A DNA stretch of 64,000 nucleotides from Lama guanicoe. Taxonomy: Eukaryota. Location: contig MU053881.1 in assembly GCA_013239625.1 (NCBI GenBank), positions 8,455,957 through 8,519,956 on the forward strand. The letters run 5' to 3'. The position numbers were made by a program, and so were the translations under genes. The notes under the pieces are model-generated. The model searched no databases, was not told the origin of the DNA, and saw nothing but the letters and a program-made list of their open reading frames with translations. Positions 62,560-64,000 of the stretch are shown here, piece by piece (the first letter of the stretch is position 1; each line of letters starts with the position of its first letter).

Positions 62560-63278
62560 CCAAGGAGTAGATTTTTTTTTTAAGTGATATTTTGTTTTGC
62601 AGCATTAACCAAATGCAAAGATGTAACTACCTTGGCAGAATTTATCTCCCCGCCGCCGGACCACCACCCGGGAAGAAATTTGTTTTTAGCTTTTAAGAAA
62701 GCCAAACAGGAGACTATTTTTTTTTTAAAGAAAAAGACTGTTTTTAGCTTTAAAATTTTTTCTCCCCCTTACAGCCCCTTCCCCCCCAATTCTGCCTTGG
62801 GGTCTGGAGGAGTAAGGAGAGGCAAGGACTCTGAGAAGTCATATTTGAGACTTAGAGACCACCTCATCAACCGTCTTCTCTCGCCGATGGAACACTTGCA
62901 TCTCAGAGAGGTCAAGCGATTTGCCTGGGGCCACAGGGGCAGGACGAGAAGGCAGGAATCCCTTCTCGGGTGTGCAAGAGGGAAATTCCAGAGAGCCGTA
63001 AGTGGATGCCCTCTGCTCAGCTCTTCCCCCAAACTTTCAAAGCCGGCCTACCATAACCGTGAGCTCAGAATCCCTCAGCACCTCAGGCTCAGGGGGAGCC
63101 CCACCTCAGCAGGGTGCAGAGAGGATGACCAGAAGACACAAGGCGCAACATTAAAACCAGTGACCTGCAAGGGGAACAAAAGTTAACAGCTCCACTAAGC
63201 ACCAGTATGTTTTTATTTTTTTTGAAAATGTCAGAAATATTTTGTTTTTAATCTCATTTTGTATATTTATTATTATTT

Positions 63279-63535
63279 TTTATTGAAGTATAGTCAGTTT
63301 ACAATGTTGTGCCAATTTCTGGTGTACAGCACAATGCTTCAGTCATCCATGGATGTATACATAGTCATTTTCATATTCTTCTTCACTGTGAGCTACTACA
63401 AGATATTGAATATGTTACCCTGTGCTATACAGTATAAACTTGTTTATCTGTTTCAGATATACCAGTCAGTATCTGCAAATCTTGAACTCCCAGTTTATCC
63501 CTTCCCACCCCTTTCCCGCCTGGCAGCCACAAATC
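63279..63535 (-). mobile_element. 5'-truncated L1 3' end (L1 part of the U6/L1 chimera)
   Basis: Minus strand TTTGTGGCTGCCAGGCGGGAAAGGGGTGGGAAGGGATAAACTGGGAG...GTGCTGTACACCAGAAATTGGCACAACATTGTAAACTGACTATACTTCAATAAA. Confidence 0.92.
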
Positions 63536-63542
63536 AAAACTG

Positions 63543-63643
63543 ATGGAACACTTCACAGATTTGCGTATCATCCTTGCACAGGGGCCATGCTAATCCTCTC
63601 TGTATCGTTCCAGTTTTAGTATATGTGCTGCCAAAGCGAGCAC
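63543..63643 (-). pseudogene. RNU6: Full-length U6 snRNA retropseudogene
   Basis: Minus strand GTGCTCGCTTTGGCAGCACATATACTAAAACTGGAACGATACAGAGAGGATTAGCATGGCCCCTGTGCAAGGATGATACGCAAATCTGTGAAGTGTTCCAT. I count 8 differences in 101 nt against canonical U6, 4 of them at CpG. No TATA box directly upstream; fused to L1 within TSDs. Confidence 0.96.
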
Positions 63644-64000
63644 AAGCACCAGTGTGGTTCTCCTTCCTCTCCATTACTTGCCAGTCAACACGGGCCCCGC
63701 AGGCCTGATGCTGGGGCCGTGGACAGGCCACAGGACTGAGCTCAAATATAATGGCACTGGTTTTTTTTTTTCACCTTCACTGTCTTTTTAAAGGCTCCCT
63801 TCTATTTGCGGCAAGAGAGATTACTAATTTCCCATTTGTGAATGTGGCTAAAAATTTTTCAAACTGGGTAAATTTGAAGTCAGTATTAAGTAAGCAATAG
63901 CACAGGTGGATATAGCAAAGAAAAGTGGTCCACATTATATAATACTTAAATCTAGGAAATGATGCTGTGGCCAAGTCAGTTTTCCACGGAAGCTCTACTG

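Larger units (their letters stand above)
3202..64000 (-). other. WWC1: WWC1 intron 1 (partial; exon 1 lies beyond the right edge)
   Basis: No sequence encoding the KIBRA N-terminus (MPRPELPLPEGWEE...) in the ORF track. Intron 1 is known to be very long in mammals. Confidence 0.8.

Noticed and set aside
63543..63643. Functional U6 gene
   Set aside because: 8 substitutions, altered 3' end, fused to L1 inside TSDs, and no upstream TATA visible.
1..64000. CRISPR arrays, operons or other prokaryotic systems
   Set aside because: No regularly spaced repeats or dense coding sequence; the content is mammalian intron.

Overview
Mammalian genomic DNA, not microbial. It is very probably a camelid, because three tRNA-Ala(AGC)-derived Vic-1-type SINEs are present and I saw no Alu, B1, Bov-tA or CAN SINEs. 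The only protein-coding sequence I can support is one 110-bp internal exon on the minus strand (3092-3201), encoding [37 protein letters not shown]. This is exon 2 of WWC1/KIBRA (second WW domain). Bases 3202-64000 are therefore most likely part of the long intron 1, and 1-3091 the start of intron 2. The rest is unique intronic sequence mixed with L1, L2, MIR, hAT/Tc2 DNA transposon fossils and LTRs; the other ORFs in the track look spurious or repeat-derived. Most notable items: a full-length U6/L1 chimeric retrocopy with target-site duplications (TSDs) and an apparent 3' transduction (63197-63656); a second Pol III-RNA/L1 fusion made of a cloverleaf-intact tRNA-Ala SINE joined to an L1 3' end (54460-54796); a well-preserved ERV1-type solo LTR carrying a TEAD motif (35839-36285); and a TEAD/AP-1/HNF1/FOX motif cluster at about 36-39.7 kb in a Hippo-pathway gene. 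I found no convincing wholly new biological system. Repeat family names are recognised from memory, and boundaries of old repeats are approximate.
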